Shown here one piece after another: positions 50,095 to 63,014 of a stretch of DNA of 64,000 nt. The stretch comes from Mobula hypostoma. Its lineage: Eukaryota. The position numbers and the translations under genes are program-made. Within the stretch, counting starts at the first letter, position 1; every line of letters starts with the position of its first letter. The stretch spans positions 253,334,001-253,398,000 of the forward strand of contig NC_086097.1 of NCBI RefSeq assembly GCF_963921235.1, given 5' to 3'. The notes below the pieces were generated by a model. That model was not told where the DNA came from, ran no database searches, and worked only from the letters and a program-made list of their open reading frames with translations.

Positions 50095-52800
50095 CAACAG
50101 ACAATAGACAATAGGTGCAGGAGTAGGCCATTCGGCCCTTCGAGCCAGCACCGCCATTCACTGTGATCATGGCTGATCATCCACAATCAGTATCCAGTTC
50201 CTGCCTTATCCCCATAACCTTTGGTTCCGCTATCTTTAAGAGCTCTATCCATCTCTTTCTTGAAAGCATCCAGAGACTTGGCCTCCACGGCCTTCTGGGG
50301 CAGAGCATTCCATATGTCCACCACTCTCTGGGTGAAAAAGTTTTTCCTCAACTCCGTTCTAAATGGCCTATCCCTTATTCTTAAACTGTGGCCTCTGGTT
50401 CTGGACTCACCCATCAGCGGGAACATGTTTCCTGCCTCCAGCGTGTCCAATCCCTTAATAATCTTATTAATCTTCAATAAGATCCCCTGTCATCCTTCTA
50501 AATTCCAGTGTATACAAGCCCAGTCGCTCCAATCTTTCAACGTATAACAGTCCCGCCATCACAGGAATTAACCTTGTGAACCTACGCTGCACTCCCTCAA
50601 TAGCAAGAATGTCCTTCCTCAAATTTGGAGACCAAAACTGCACACAGTACTCCAGGTGTGGTCTCACCAGGGCCCTGTACAGCTGCAGAAAGACCTCTTT
50701 GCTCTTATACTCAATTCCCCTTGTTATGAAGGCCAACATGCCATTAGCTTTCTTCACTGCCTGCTGTACCTGCATGCTTGCTTTCATTGACTGATGTACA
50801 AGAACACCTAGATCTCGTTGTGCTTCCCTTTTTCCTAACTTGACTCCATTTAGCTAATAATCTGCCTTCCTGTTCTTACCACCAAAGGCAAAGTGGATAA
50901 CCTCACATTTATCCACATTAAACTGCATCTTCCATGCATCCGCCCACTCACCCAGCCTGTCCAAGTCACCCTGCATTCTCATAACATCCTCCTCACATTT
51001 CACACTGCCACCCAGCTTTGTGTCATCTGCAAATTTGCTAATGTTACTTTTAATTCCCTCATCTAAATCATTAATGTATATTGTAAACAGCTGCGGTCCC
51101 AGCACTGAACCCTGCAGTAACCCACTGGTCACCACCTGCCATTCCGAAAGGGACCCGTTAATCGCTACTCTTTGTTTTCTGTCAGCCAGCCAATTTTCAA
51201 TCCATGTCAGTACTCTACCCCCCAATACCATGTGCCCTAATTTTGCCCACTAATCTCCTATGTGGGACTTTATCAAAGGCTTTCTGAAAGTCCAGGTACA
51301 CTACATCCACTGGCTCTCTATCCATTTTCATAGTTACATCCTCAAAAAATTCCAGAAGATTAGTCAAGCACGATTTCCCCTTCATAAATCCATGCTAACT
51401 CAGACCTATCCTGTTACTGCCATCCAAATGTGTCGTAATTTCATCTTTTATAATTGACTCCAGCATCTTTCCCACCACTGATGTCAGGCTAACCGTCTAT
51501 AATTCCCTGTTTTCTCTCTCCCTCCTTTCTTGAAAAGTGGGACAACATTAGCCACCCTCTAATCCACAGGAACTGATCCTGAATCTATAGAACATTGGAA
51601 GATGATTACCAATGCGTCCTCGATTTCTAAAGCCACCTCCTTAAGTACCCTGGGTACCATCAGGTCCCGGGGACTTATCAGCCTTCAGACCCAACAGACT
51701 ATCCAACATAATTTCCTGCCTAATATAAATTTCCTTCAGTTCATCCATTACCCTAGGTCCTTTGGCCACGATTATATCTGGGAGATTGTTTGTGTCTTCC
51801 CTAGTGAAGACAGATCCAAAGTACCTGTTCAACTCATCTGCTATTTCCTTGTTCCCCATAATAAATTCACCCGTTTCTGTCTTCAAGGGCCCAACTTTGG
51901 TCTGAACTATTTTTTCCTTTTCACATACCTGAAGCAGCTTTTACTATCCTCCTTTATATTCTTGTCTAGTTTACCTTCGTACCTCATTTTTTCTCCGCGT
52001 ATTGCCTTTTTACTTACCTTCTGTTGCTCTTTAAAAGTTTCTCAATCTTCCGGCTTCCCACTCGTCTTTGCTATGTTATACTTCTTCTCTTTTATTTTTA
52101 TACTGTCCATTACTTCCCTTGTCAGCCACGGCCTCCCCTTACTCCCCTTAGGTGTTCTGTACAAGGACTCTCAAGTTCCTTTGCATCTCAGAGTTTTGGA
52201 TTTTCTCCCCATTTAGAAAATAAGCTGCACATTTATTTCTACTACCAGATTGCATGACCATGCATTTTCCAACATTGTCTTTCATTTGCCACTCTCTCAC
52301 CCATTCTCCTAATCTGTCTAAGTCCTTCTGCATCCTACCTGTTTCCTCAACACTACCTGCCCCTCCACCAATCTTCGTATCATCTACAAACTTGGCAACA
52401 AAGCCATTTATTCCATCATATAAATCATTGACATACAGCACAAAAGGAAGTGGTCCCAACACCAACCCCTGGGGAACACCACTAGTCACTGGCAGCCAAC
52501 CAGAAAAGGTTCCTTTTATTCCCACTCACTGCCTCCTACCAATCAGTCAATGCTCTAACCATCTTAGTAACTTTCCTGTAATACCATGGGCTCTTAACTT
52601 GGTAAGCAGCCTCATGTGTGGCACCTTGTCAAAGGCCTTCTGAAAGTCCAAATATACAACATCCACTGCATCCCCTTTATCTATCCTACGCGTAATCTCC
52701 TCAAAGAATTCCAACAGGTTCGTCAAACAAGATTTTCCCTCAAGGAAACCTTGCTGAATTTATCCCATCTTGTCCTGTCTCACCAAGTACTCCATAACTC
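50095..52800 (-). mobile_element. Two adjacent CR1 ORF2 fragments
   Basis: [18 protein letters not shown] and SGVPQGLVLGP motifs; tail near 50100. Confidence 0.88.
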
Positions 52801-52847
52801 CACGCTGGAGTTGATTATTAAAGATGAGGTCTCAGGATACTTGGAGA

Positions 52848-55800
52848 CATAGAAACATAGAAAATAGGTGCAGGAGTAGTCCATTCGGCCCTTCGAGCCT
52901 GCACCGCCATTCAGTATGATCATGGCTGATCATCCAACTCAGAACCCTGCACCAGCCTTCCCTCCATACCCCCTGATCCCTTTAGCCACAAGGGCCATAT
53001 CTAACTCCCTCTTAAATATAGCCAATGAACTGGCCTCAACTGTTTCCTGTGGCAGAGAATTCCACAGATTCACCACTCTCTGTGTGAAGAAGTTTTTCCT
53101 GATCTCGGTCCTAAAAGGCTTCCCCTTTATCCTCAAACTGTGACCCCTCGTTCTGGACTTCCCCGACATCGGGAACAATCTTCCTGCATCTACCCTCTCC
53201 AATCCCTTTAGGATTTTATACGTTTCAATAAGATCCCCCCTCAATCTTCTAAATTCCAACGAGTATAAGCCTAGTTCATCCAGTCTTTCATCATATGAAG
53301 TCGTGCCATCCCAGGAATCAATCTGGTGAACCTTCTTTGTACTCCCTCTATGGCAAGGATGTCTTTCCTCAGATTAGGGGACCAAAACTGTACACAATAC
53401 TCCAGGTGTGGTCTCACCAAGGCCTTGTACAACTGCAGTAGTACCTCCCTACTCCTGTACTCGAATCCTCTCGCTATAAATGCCAGCCTTTTTCACCACC
53501 TGCTGTACCTGCATGCCCAATTTCAATGACTGGTGTATAATGAGACCCAGGTCTCGTTGCACCTCCCCTTTTCCTAATCGGCCACCATTCAGGTAATAAT
53601 CTGTTTTCCTGTTTTTGCCACCAAAGTGGATAACCTCACATTTATCCACATTAAATTGCATCTGCCATGAATTTGCCCACTCACCTAATCTATCCAAGTC
53701 ACCCTGCACCTCTTAGCATCCTCCTCACAGCTAACACTGCCGCCCAGCTTCGTGTCATCCGCAAACTAGGAGATGCTGCATTTAATTCCCTCATCTAAGT
53801 CATTAATATATATTGTAAACAACTGGGGCCCCAGCACTGAGCCTTGCGGTACCCCACTAGTCACTGCCTGCCATTCTGAAAAGGTCCCGTTTATTCCCAC
53901 TCTTTGCTTCCTGTCTGCCAACTAATTCTCTATCCACATCAATACCTTACCCCCAATACCATGTGCTTTAAGTTTGCACACTAATCTCCTGTGTGGGACC
54001 TTGTCAAAAGCCGTTTGAAAATCCAAATATACCACATCCACTGGTTCTCCCCTATCCACTCTACTAGTTACATCCTCAAAAAATTCTATGAGATTCGTCA
54101 GACATGATTTTCCTTTCACAAATCCATGCTGACTTTGTCCGATGATTTCACCGCTTTCCAAATGTGCTGTTATCACATCTTTGATAACTGACTCTAGCAG
54201 TTTCCCCACCACCGATGTTAGGCTAACCGGTCTATAATTCCCCGGTTTCTCTCTCCCTCCTTTTTTAAAAAGTGGGGTTACATTAGCCACCCTCCATTTC
54301 TCAGGAACTAGTCCAGAATCGAAAGAGTTTTGAAAAATTATCACTAATTTCTTGGGCTACTTCCTTAAGCGTTCTGGGATGCAGAGCATCTGGCCCTGGG
54401 GATTTATCTATCTTTAATCCCTTCAATTTTCCTAACACCATCTCCCTACTAACATGTATTTCCCTCAGTTCCTCCACCTCACTGGACCCTCTGTCCCCTA
54501 CTATTTCTGGAAGATTATTTATGTCCTCCTTAGTGAAGACAGAACCAAAGTAATTATTCAATTGGTCTGCCATGTCCTTGCTCCCCATAATCAATTCACC
54601 TGTTCTGTCTGTAGGGGACCTACATTTGTCTGAACCAATCTTTTTCTTTTCACATACCTATAAAAGCTTTTACAGTCAGTTTTTACATTCCTTGCCAGTT
54701 TTCTCTCATAAACTTTTTTCCCCTTCCTAATTAAGCCCTTTGTCCTCCTCTACTGGACTCTGAATTTCTCCCAGTCCTCAGGTGAGCCACTTTTTCTGGC
54801 TAATTTGTATGCTTCTTCTTTGGAATTGATACTATCCCTAATTCCCTTGTCAGCCATGGGTGCACTACCTTCCTTGATTTATTCTTTTGCCAAACTGGGA
54901 TGAACAATTGTTGTAGTTCATCCATGTGATCTTTAAATGCTTGCCATTGCATATCCACCCTCAACCCTTAAGTGTCATTTGCCAGTCTATCTTAGCTAAT
55001 TCACATCTCATACCTTCAAAGTTACCCTTCTTTAAGTTCAGAACCTTTGTTTCTGAATTACCTATGTCACTCTCCATCTTAATGAAGAATTCCACCATAT
55101 TATGGTCACTCTTACCCAAGAGGCCGCTCACGACAAGATTGCTAATTAACCCTTCCTCATTGCTCAATATCCAGTCTAGAATACCCTGCTCTCTAGTTGG
55201 TTCCTCGACATGTTGGTTCAAAAAACCATCCCGCATACATTACAAGAAATCCTCTTCCTCAGCACCCTTACCAATTTGGTTCACCCAATCTTCATGTAGA
55301 TTGAAGTCACCCGTTATAACTGCTGTTCCTTTATTGCACGCATTTCTAATTTCCTGTTTAATACCATCCCCAACCTCACTACTACTGTTAGGTGGCCTGT
55401 ACACAACTCCCACCAGCGTTTTCTGCCCCTTAGTGTTATGCAGCTCTACCCATATCGATTCCACATCCTCCCGGCTAATGTCCTTCCTTTCTATTGCATT
55501 AATCTCCTCTCTAACCAGCAATGCTACCCCACCTCCTTTTCTTTCATGTCTATCCCTCCTGAATATTGAATATCCCTGAATGTTGAGCTCCCATCCTTGG
55601 TCACCCTGGAGCCATGTCTCTGTGATCCCGACTATATCATAATCATTAATAACAATCTGCACTTTCAATTCATCCACCTTGTTACAAATGCTCCTTGCAT
55701 TGACACACAAAGCCTTCAGGCGTGCTTTTACAACTCTCTTAGCCCTTATACAATTATGTTGAAAAGCGGCCCTTTTTGATTTTTGCCCTGGATTTGTCGG

Positions 55801-55935
55801 CCTGCCACTTTTACTTTTCACCTGACTACTTTTTGCTTCTATCCTCATTTTACACCCCTCTGTCTCTCTGCACTGGTTCCCATCCCCATGTTGTGAACTA
55901 ACCTCCTCTCTCCTAGTCTCTTTAATTTGATTCCC
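52848..55935 (-). mobile_element. CR1 LINE spanning all of ORF2 with several frameshifts; same subfamily as 27470-30476
   Basis: Nearly the same peptides as the 27470 copy; (TTCTATGT)n tail; interrupts an older plus-strand CR1 (52803-52847 / 55936 onward). Confidence 0.95.
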
Positions 55936-56555
55936 ACGTGATAAAATAGGCTCTAGTCAACCTGGATTCCTCAAAGGAAAATCTTGCCTGACAAATCTGT
56001 TGGAATTCTTTGTGGAAATAACGAGCAGGATAGACAAAGGAGAATCGGTAGATGTTGTGTACTTGGATTTTTAAGAGGCCTTTGACAAGGTGCCGCATAT
56101 GAGGCGGCTAAGCATGTTAAGAGCTCCTGGTATTACAGGGAAGATTCTAGCCAGTGGCTGATTGGCAGGAGGCAGTGAGTGGGAATAAAGGGAGCCTTTT
56201 CTGGTTGGCTGCCGGTGACTAGTGGTGTTCCACAGGGATCTGTGTTGGGACTGATTCTTTTTACATTACATGTCAATGACTTGGATACGGAATTGATGAC
56301 TTTGTGGCCACGTTTGCAGATGACACAACGATGGGTGGAGAAGCAGGTAGTGTTTAGGAAGCAGGGAGTCTGCAGAAGGACTGAGACAGATTAGGAGAAT
56401 GGGCAAAGAAGTGGCAGATAGAATATAGCGTTGGGACTGTACGGTCGTGTACTTGGTAGAACGAATGAAAGCACTGACTATTGTCTAAACAGGGAGAAAA
56501 TTCAAAATCAGAGATGCAAAGGGAGTTGTGCAGTACATGAATATTGAGAGGCCAA

Positions 56556-57228
56556 GCCACAGTGGATGTGGAAAGGATGTTTCCTGTAGTGGGAGAGTCT
56601 CAGACCAGAGGACATAGATAGAGTGGGTGTGGAGACGATGATTCCTGTAGTGGGGGAGTCTCAGACCAGAGGACACAGATAGAGTGGGTGTAGAGATGAT
56701 GTTTCCTATAGTGGGGGAGTCTCGGACCAGAGGACACAGATAGAGTGGGTGTGGAGGCGATGTTTACTATAGTGGGGGAGTCTCAGACCAGAGGACACAG
56801 ATAGAGTGGGTGTGGAGACGATGATTCCTGTAGTGGGGGAGTCTCAGACCAGAGGACACAGATAGAGTGGGTGTGGAGACGATGATTCCTGTAGTGGGAG
56901 AGTCTCAGACCAGACGGCACAGATAGAGTGGTTATGGAGACGATGTTTCCTATAGTGGGGGAGTCTCAGACCAGAGGACACAGATAGAGTGGATGTGGAG
57001 AGGATGTTTCCTATAGTGGAAGAGTCTCGGACCAGAGAGCACAGATAGAGTGGGTGTGGAGAGGATGTTTCCTGTAATGGGGAAGCCTCAGACCAGAGGA
57101 CACAGATAGAGTGGGTGTGGAGACAATGTTTCCTGTAGTGAGGAAGGTTCAGACCAGAGGACACAAATAGAGTGGGTGTGGAGAGGATGTTTCCTATCGT
57201 GGGAGAGTCTCAGACCAGAGGGCACAGC
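56556..57228. repeat. 61-bp minisatellite, about 11 copies, derived from CR1 ORF2
   Basis: GATAGAGTGG at 56678, 56739, 56800...; the unit corresponds to CR1 DRVDVERMFPIVGESRTRGH coding sequence. Confidence 0.95.
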
Positions 57229-57472
57229 CTCAGAATAGAGGGAAGCCAAGTCACCGAGTACATTTGAGGTGGAGATTGACAGGTTCTTGATTAGTCAGGG
57301 CATCATGGGTGATGGAGAGAAGCTTGGAGAATGGGGTTGAGAGGGGTAATAAATCAGCCATGATGGAAAGGTGGAGCAGATGGGCTGAATGGCCTCATTC
57401 TTTTTCAGCAGTGTGTCTTATAGTCTAGGAGGGGCACCACAGGAGAAAGGAAAGGAGGGGGGGCACTCTACC

Positions 57473-58366
57473 AACATACATCAAAGTTGCTGGTGAACGC
57501 AGCAGGCCAAGCAGCATCTATAGGAAGAGGTGCAGTCGACGTTTCAGGCCGAGACCCTTCGTCAGGACTAACTGAAGGAAGAGTGAGTAAGGGATTTGAA
57601 AGTTGGAGGGGGAGGGGGAGAACCAAAATGATAGGAGAAGACAGGAGGGGGAGGGATAGAGCCGAGAGCTGGACAGGTGATAGGCAAAAGGGGATACGAG
57701 AGGATCATGGGACAGGAGGTCCGGGAAGAAAGACAAGGGGGGGGGTGACCCAGAGGATGGGCAAGAGGTATATTCAGAGGGACAGAGGGAGAAAAAGGAG
57801 AGTGAGAGAAAGAATCTGTGCATAAAAATGAGTAACAGATGGGGTACGAGGGGGAGGTGGGGCCTTAGCAGAAGTTAGAGAAGTCGATGTTCATGCCATC
57901 AGATTGGAGGCTACCCAGACGGAATATAAGGTGTTGTTCCTCCAACCTGAGTGTGGCTTCATCTCCACAGTAGAGGAGGCCGTGGACAGACATGTCAGAA
58001 TGGGAATGGGATGAGGAATTAAAATGTGTGGCCACTGGGAGATCCTGCTTTCTCTGGCGGACAGAGCGTAGATGTTCAGCAAAGCGGTCTCCCAGTCTGC
58101 GTCGGGTCTCACCAATATATAAAAGGCCACATCGGGAGCACCGGACGCAGTATATCACCCCAGTCGACTCACAGGTGAAGTGATGCCTCACCTGGAAGGA
58201 CTGTTTGGGGCCCTGAATGGTGGTAAGGGAGGAAGTGTAAGGGCATGTGTAGCACTTGTTCCGCTTACACGGATAAGTGCCAGGAGGGAGATCAGTGGGG
58301 AGGGATGGGGGGGACGAATGGACAAGGGAGTTGTGTAGGGAGCGATCCCTGCGGAATGCAGAGAGA
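57473..58366 (-). mobile_element. Young 5'-truncated Penelope-like element (GIY-YIG endonuclease and terminal repeat)
   Basis: Open frame PCKRNKCYTC...GVIYCVRCSRCGLLYIGETRRRLGDRFAEH; 14-bp TSD GGGGGCACTCTACC at 57459-57472 and 58367-58380. Confidence 0.93.
57534..57569 (-). ncRNA. Minimal type I hammerhead ribozyme motif
   Basis: AGUC-CUGACGA-AGG[GUCUCGG]CCU-GAAA-C-GUC/GACU: intact catalytic core, stem I AGUC:GACU, stem II, palindromic ACGU in place of stem III. Confidence 0.8.
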
Positions 58367-58521
58367 GGGGGCACTCTACCCATCAGATTCCTCCAACACA
58401 TGAGATTGTGAAGACTGAATACAGAATTGCAAGGAAATCACCGTTTGAGTGGGAGGAACTGTTTGGTGGAAAAAGGGAAAAGGCCAGTGTGAGCTTTCGT
58501 GAAGTAAACAACTTGACTCAC

Positions 58522-58683
58522 CTGAGGAAATTTTGTAATCAGGTGGTGAGGAATGCCCATCGTGTTGTGCAAGTAATCAAAGAGTCTGGTCAGCTTGCTC
58601 TTGCTGGCAAGGAGGAGCTTTGGGACACGAGTGACCATGTGCTGGATTTCATTATCACGAAAGCCCAGTTCAATCCGACACAC
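58522..58683 (-). CDS. MTERF3: Mitochondrial transcription termination factor 3, penultimate coding exon (162 nt); earlier exons not found in the window
   Basis: TTTCCAG acceptor; VCRIELGFRDNEIQHMVTRVPKLLLASKSKLTRLFDYLHNTMGIPHHLITKFPQ; GTGAGT donor; phase 0 joins the last exon. Confidence 0.96.
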
Positions 58684-58784
58684 CTGGAAACAATAAAGGA
58701 GACTGAATGATGGAGCCGGATATACCAGATGCAAACTCTCTTCCACAGTCATTACACAAACATCAAGTTCAAGTCAAAGGTATT

Positions 58785-59255
58785 AAGACACAGGAGCAGA
58801 ATGTGCCATTTGGCCCATCGAGTTTGCACCACCATTCCATCACAGCTGATTTATTATCCCTCTCAACCCCACTCTCCTGCCTTCTCCCCGTAACCTTTTG
58901 ACGCCCTGAGTAATCAAGAACTTATCAATCTTCACTTTAAATACACCCAATGATTTGGCCTCCACCTCCGCCAGCGGCAACGAATTCCACAGATTCGCCA
59001 CCCTCTGGCTAAAGAAATTCCTCCTCATCTCCGTTCTAAATGGATGTTCCTCTGTTCTGAGGTTGTGCTCTCTGGTCCTAGACTCCCCCACTATCGGAAA
59101 CATCCTCTCCACATCCACTCTGTCCAGACCATTCAATATTCGATGGGTTTCAATGACAGCCACCCTCATTCCCTCTCCCAAACTGCAGTGAGTACAGGCC
59201 CAGAGCCATCAAACACTCCTATGTTAACCCTTTCATTCCTGGGATCATTCTCAGG
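58785..59255 (-). mobile_element. CR1 3' fragment
   Basis: GLDRVDVERMFPIVGESRTR...RNFFSQRV. Confidence 0.85.
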
Positions 59256-60127
59256 AATCTGGACCTAATTCTATTGTACACTGCATGATGGAATTCGCAG
59301 TATATAGATCTACTGGACAGAAATTATGAATGCTTATAAATGATTGTGAAATAGAAACAATGCTAAACACAGTAAAATATTTCCGCTCTGATCCACTCCT
59401 TCAAATCTGCAAATCTTTTGTGTCAATCTCTCTCTGTACACTGAGAAACAAAATGTTTGTTGGACAATTGACAATTTCATTCAGACCTGTGTGAGGAAGT
59501 GATAAGTATGATTTCATCGATGGAGACCCGACCCCATCCCCACCCAGTGAGATGGGGACATGCCTGTCCTATCAGGTGATGTTAGTTCCAGTGGGCCGGA
59601 CAGATGAGATCAACAGGGAGATCCAACGGCCAGGAAGGTGGTTCTGTAAAGCTTCGTGGAGAGCAAAGGGCATGACAAGGCGCAGAAGATGTCATGGTCA
59701 TCCACTGTAACCAAGGAAGACCCCAGTTTGTGACGACTACTCACACCAGTGGACTCGAACCCAATTTCCGAGGTCGAGAGAGAGGAACTGCCCCAGTACA
59801 ACTGCGTTTCCACTTTAAAAACTCTCCCACACAGGTCTCCTGTCATCGTTGGACATGATGGATAACCAACACACGCAGGCTTAAGGAAAAAGACATTGCA
59901 ACAGCTCTGGGATGGAAAAGTGATTCCATGACCATGCAGTCTCTGAGGAGGACAAGGAATCAAAACCATAGCCAGGCCTTTCAAGACTGAATTTCAAGAA
60001 CCTTTTCAAAAACCAGCAAACTTCAGAAACCACATATAATTATCAGATGACGACAAGTCCACTCCAAATTGGTAATTTAACCAAATAAAGTGGATTCTGG
60101 TTAATTGGGTCATTGGTTTATCAGGGC

Positions 60128-62215
60128 TGTAATGTATGGATCTATTTCTTTCAGAGCAATGACCCCTCCCCCCGCCTTAGCACTATATATTGATCTGTCG
60201 TCTATGCATGCGCTGTTGCCTGGACATGCACATTCCCTCTCTCTCACTGCAGTGTGAATGCACCAGTTACAGTCATGACGTGTGCATGCTTTTATTTAAT
60301 TGATATATAGTTGTGCACAGACCCACCAAATTGGCGACAAATATGAACCCGAAAGTCAGATGATGTCACGGATTGCACTGACAGTTACGGGACAAAACAG
60401 CGAGAGTTAAACAGCACGAAAAAGCCGTCACAGACACTAACAAATGTATGAGTACAGTGCATAGTAACAGTGAAAGACGTGCTGAATTTAAAGTGAAAAT
60501 AACGAGGCGGTGGCTTCAGTTGACGAATTTGATAGCACGAATGAAGGCTGGGAGTCATATATCGAGAAGGTTGAACTGTATTGTAACGTGAACAACGTGG
60601 AGGAGCAAAAGAAAGCCCCCACGCTCCTTAGTTCAATGGGTGCAAGAACGTACAGTCTTTACACAGCTTAGTAACCCCTGCAAAGCCAGTAAGCAAAATG
60701 CTTGATGAAATTGTTACAATTTTACAAAGTCACCTGAGCCCGAAACCGCTGGCAATAGCTGAGAGATTTAGATTTAAAAGAAACCAGTCAAAAGATGAAA
60801 GTATTTCTGAGTACATTGCAGAACTGCGCAAAATGGACTTTCTGATGTATTAAGGGACAGGCTTGTATGTAGCATGCATAGTCAAAGCACTCAAAATAGG
60901 CTACTGCCTGAAAGAGACTTAACCTTAGAATGGGCATTGACCATTGAGATATCGTTAGAGACTGCAGTAAAGGATGCAGCAGAACTACAAAAAAAAGAGG
61001 TTAGAATGTGAAATGCACAGAATTTTCCTGAAGGGTACAAAAAGCCAAAGATGTTAGCAATGTGGCAAATCCTCACATGATGCAAATGATTTTGGTACAA
61101 TGAAAGTTTGCAGAAACTAACACAGACAAGGTCACGGAGAGAATGTGCAAGGCAGACAAAAAGCACAACCAAATGAAAAGTCTCAAACACAAAACTAAGC
61201 AAATGCATAAAGTTACCGAATGTAAAGCAGAATCAGACCACATAGACTCTGACCAAGGTGAACTGTCATGCCTAAAACTGCAGAGTACAACTAAAGCAGA
61301 TCAAAAAATCATCTGGATTACAATAGCTGTGTCTGGTGTAAAACTGAAAATGGAGCCGGATACAGGGTCAGCTTTGTCGATAATTCCGGAGGCTGACTAC
61401 AAAAGGCTGTTGTCTAAGGTACCATTAGAGACTACCTCAGTGATACTAATGACTTACACAGGCAAAAAAAAGAGTCGCCTAAAGGCAAAATGAAAATAAA
61501 CATGACATATGGAGGCCAAAAACAACAATTAGAGCTTTACATATTGAAAAGCGGAGAGCCAGCACTTTTCGGACTTGAATTGTTGAGAAAAATCCAACTA
61601 GACTGGCACTCAATTAAAGCTCTCAATGTGACATCAACAGGCAACTGCAGCCCAAATGGTAACACTAACCAGAGACTGTCACAGCTGCTTAATGCTAATG
61701 AGAAGGTATTTGAGAAGAGAATAGATAAACAGATTGAAGACTTGGCCAAAAACTGTTTGGAATGCCAAAAAGTTCAAAATGCACTCCCACAGGCACCGTT
61801 ACACCCCTGGGAATGGCTGTCGTCACCATGGCGGAGAGTACATATTGACTTTGCTGGGCCATTCATGGACTCCATGTTCCTGATTGCTGTGGATGATCAT
61901 TCAAAGTGGCTGGAGGTTTTACCAATGAAGTCAACCATCTCAGCAAAGACCATATCCACTCTAATGGCTTACCAGAACAAATTATGAGTGACAACGCACC
62001 ACATCAGAAGATTTCCAACTGTTCATGAAGAAAAATGGCATCAGACATTTCAAATCAGCTCCTTACCATCCAGCAACGAATGGGTTAGCTGAAAGGTTTA
62101 TCCAAAAAGTCCATTAAAGTGATGGACAAGGAGGACATTTCTCTGAAGCACAAGCTGGACAAATTCCTTTTCGTGTAGCAGAACTCTGTCATGCAACGAC
62201 AAATCAAACACCTGC
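60128..62215 (+). mobile_element. Decayed Ty3/Gypsy element (Mag-like): 5' LTR, primer-binding site, gag, protease and integrase, with RT and RNase H absent
   Basis: ~200-bp TG..CA LTR candidate; TGGCGAC at 60332; gag WESYIEKVELY; protease DTGSALSII; integrase CLEC, PWRRVHIDFAGP and YHPATNGLAERF. Confidence 0.85.
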
Positions 62216-63014
62216 TCAGGAGGGATAATGGCACCCAATGGTGATTCCTTCGCTGGCATCTTCGAAAACAGCTCTATTTCCATCTTTAATATCTCTATTT
62301 TTCTCTTTCAGGGTTCTTTTGAAGAGCCTGAACTGGAGTTACACGCTGACCGCAGTTCGTTGTGGGAATGGGACCCGCTCTTGGAGTTTCACAACTGGCC
62401 GTTATTCGGCGCACCACGGGCTCGGCCTAAGAGCTTAGCTCACCTTCGGAGGACTGAGATCTCGTGGCTTTAGAGACGAGCGGATTGAAGGTCGGTGTCA
62501 CAGCAGATCAGTGCGTCGTCGGGGGAGTTGGAAGATCTAAGGCTGTGTGCCCGGAGACCCGAGATCTTTGGGCACAGAGCTCAGAAAAAGTGACACAATG
62601 GACTTTTAACATCGTAAACCAGCGAGTTGTTTGTTATGTCTCCCCTCTCGTTGTGAAACGGAGACACCTCTTTCTCCCTTATTAGGGAGAGAGAGAGCCA
62701 GTGGTATGCCGAGTGCCGGGTGAAACACAAAGTCTTTGGGGTAACTGCAAGTCTGTGTCTTTGCTGTTGTTTTGCTCATGGTGAGTGCTCGTTGGCAGTG
62801 CTGATGCTTTTGTTTGCCGGAGGGGGGAGAGGGGATTGTTGCTTACTGCCGCTTACGCGCGGGAGGGAGGGGAGCTGGTGGGGGGCCTTTGGGGTTCTAA
62901 CATTTAACTGTCATTCATTCTCTGAGGGCACTCCTCTGGATGTTTGTGAAGAAAAAGCATTTCAGGATGTATATTGTATACATCTCTCTGACATTCAACG
63001 TACCTTTGAAACCT
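62216..63014 (+). mobile_element. ~800-bp non-coding interspersed repeat (probably non-autonomous, LINE-derived)
   Basis: 3' part resembles the flanks of the 1622-3380 minisatellite; ends in CTTTGAAACCTT. Confidence 0.55.

Noticed and set aside
56556..57228. CRISPR-like regular array
   Set aside because: No unique spacers; whole units repeat, they derive from CR1, and the context is eukaryotic
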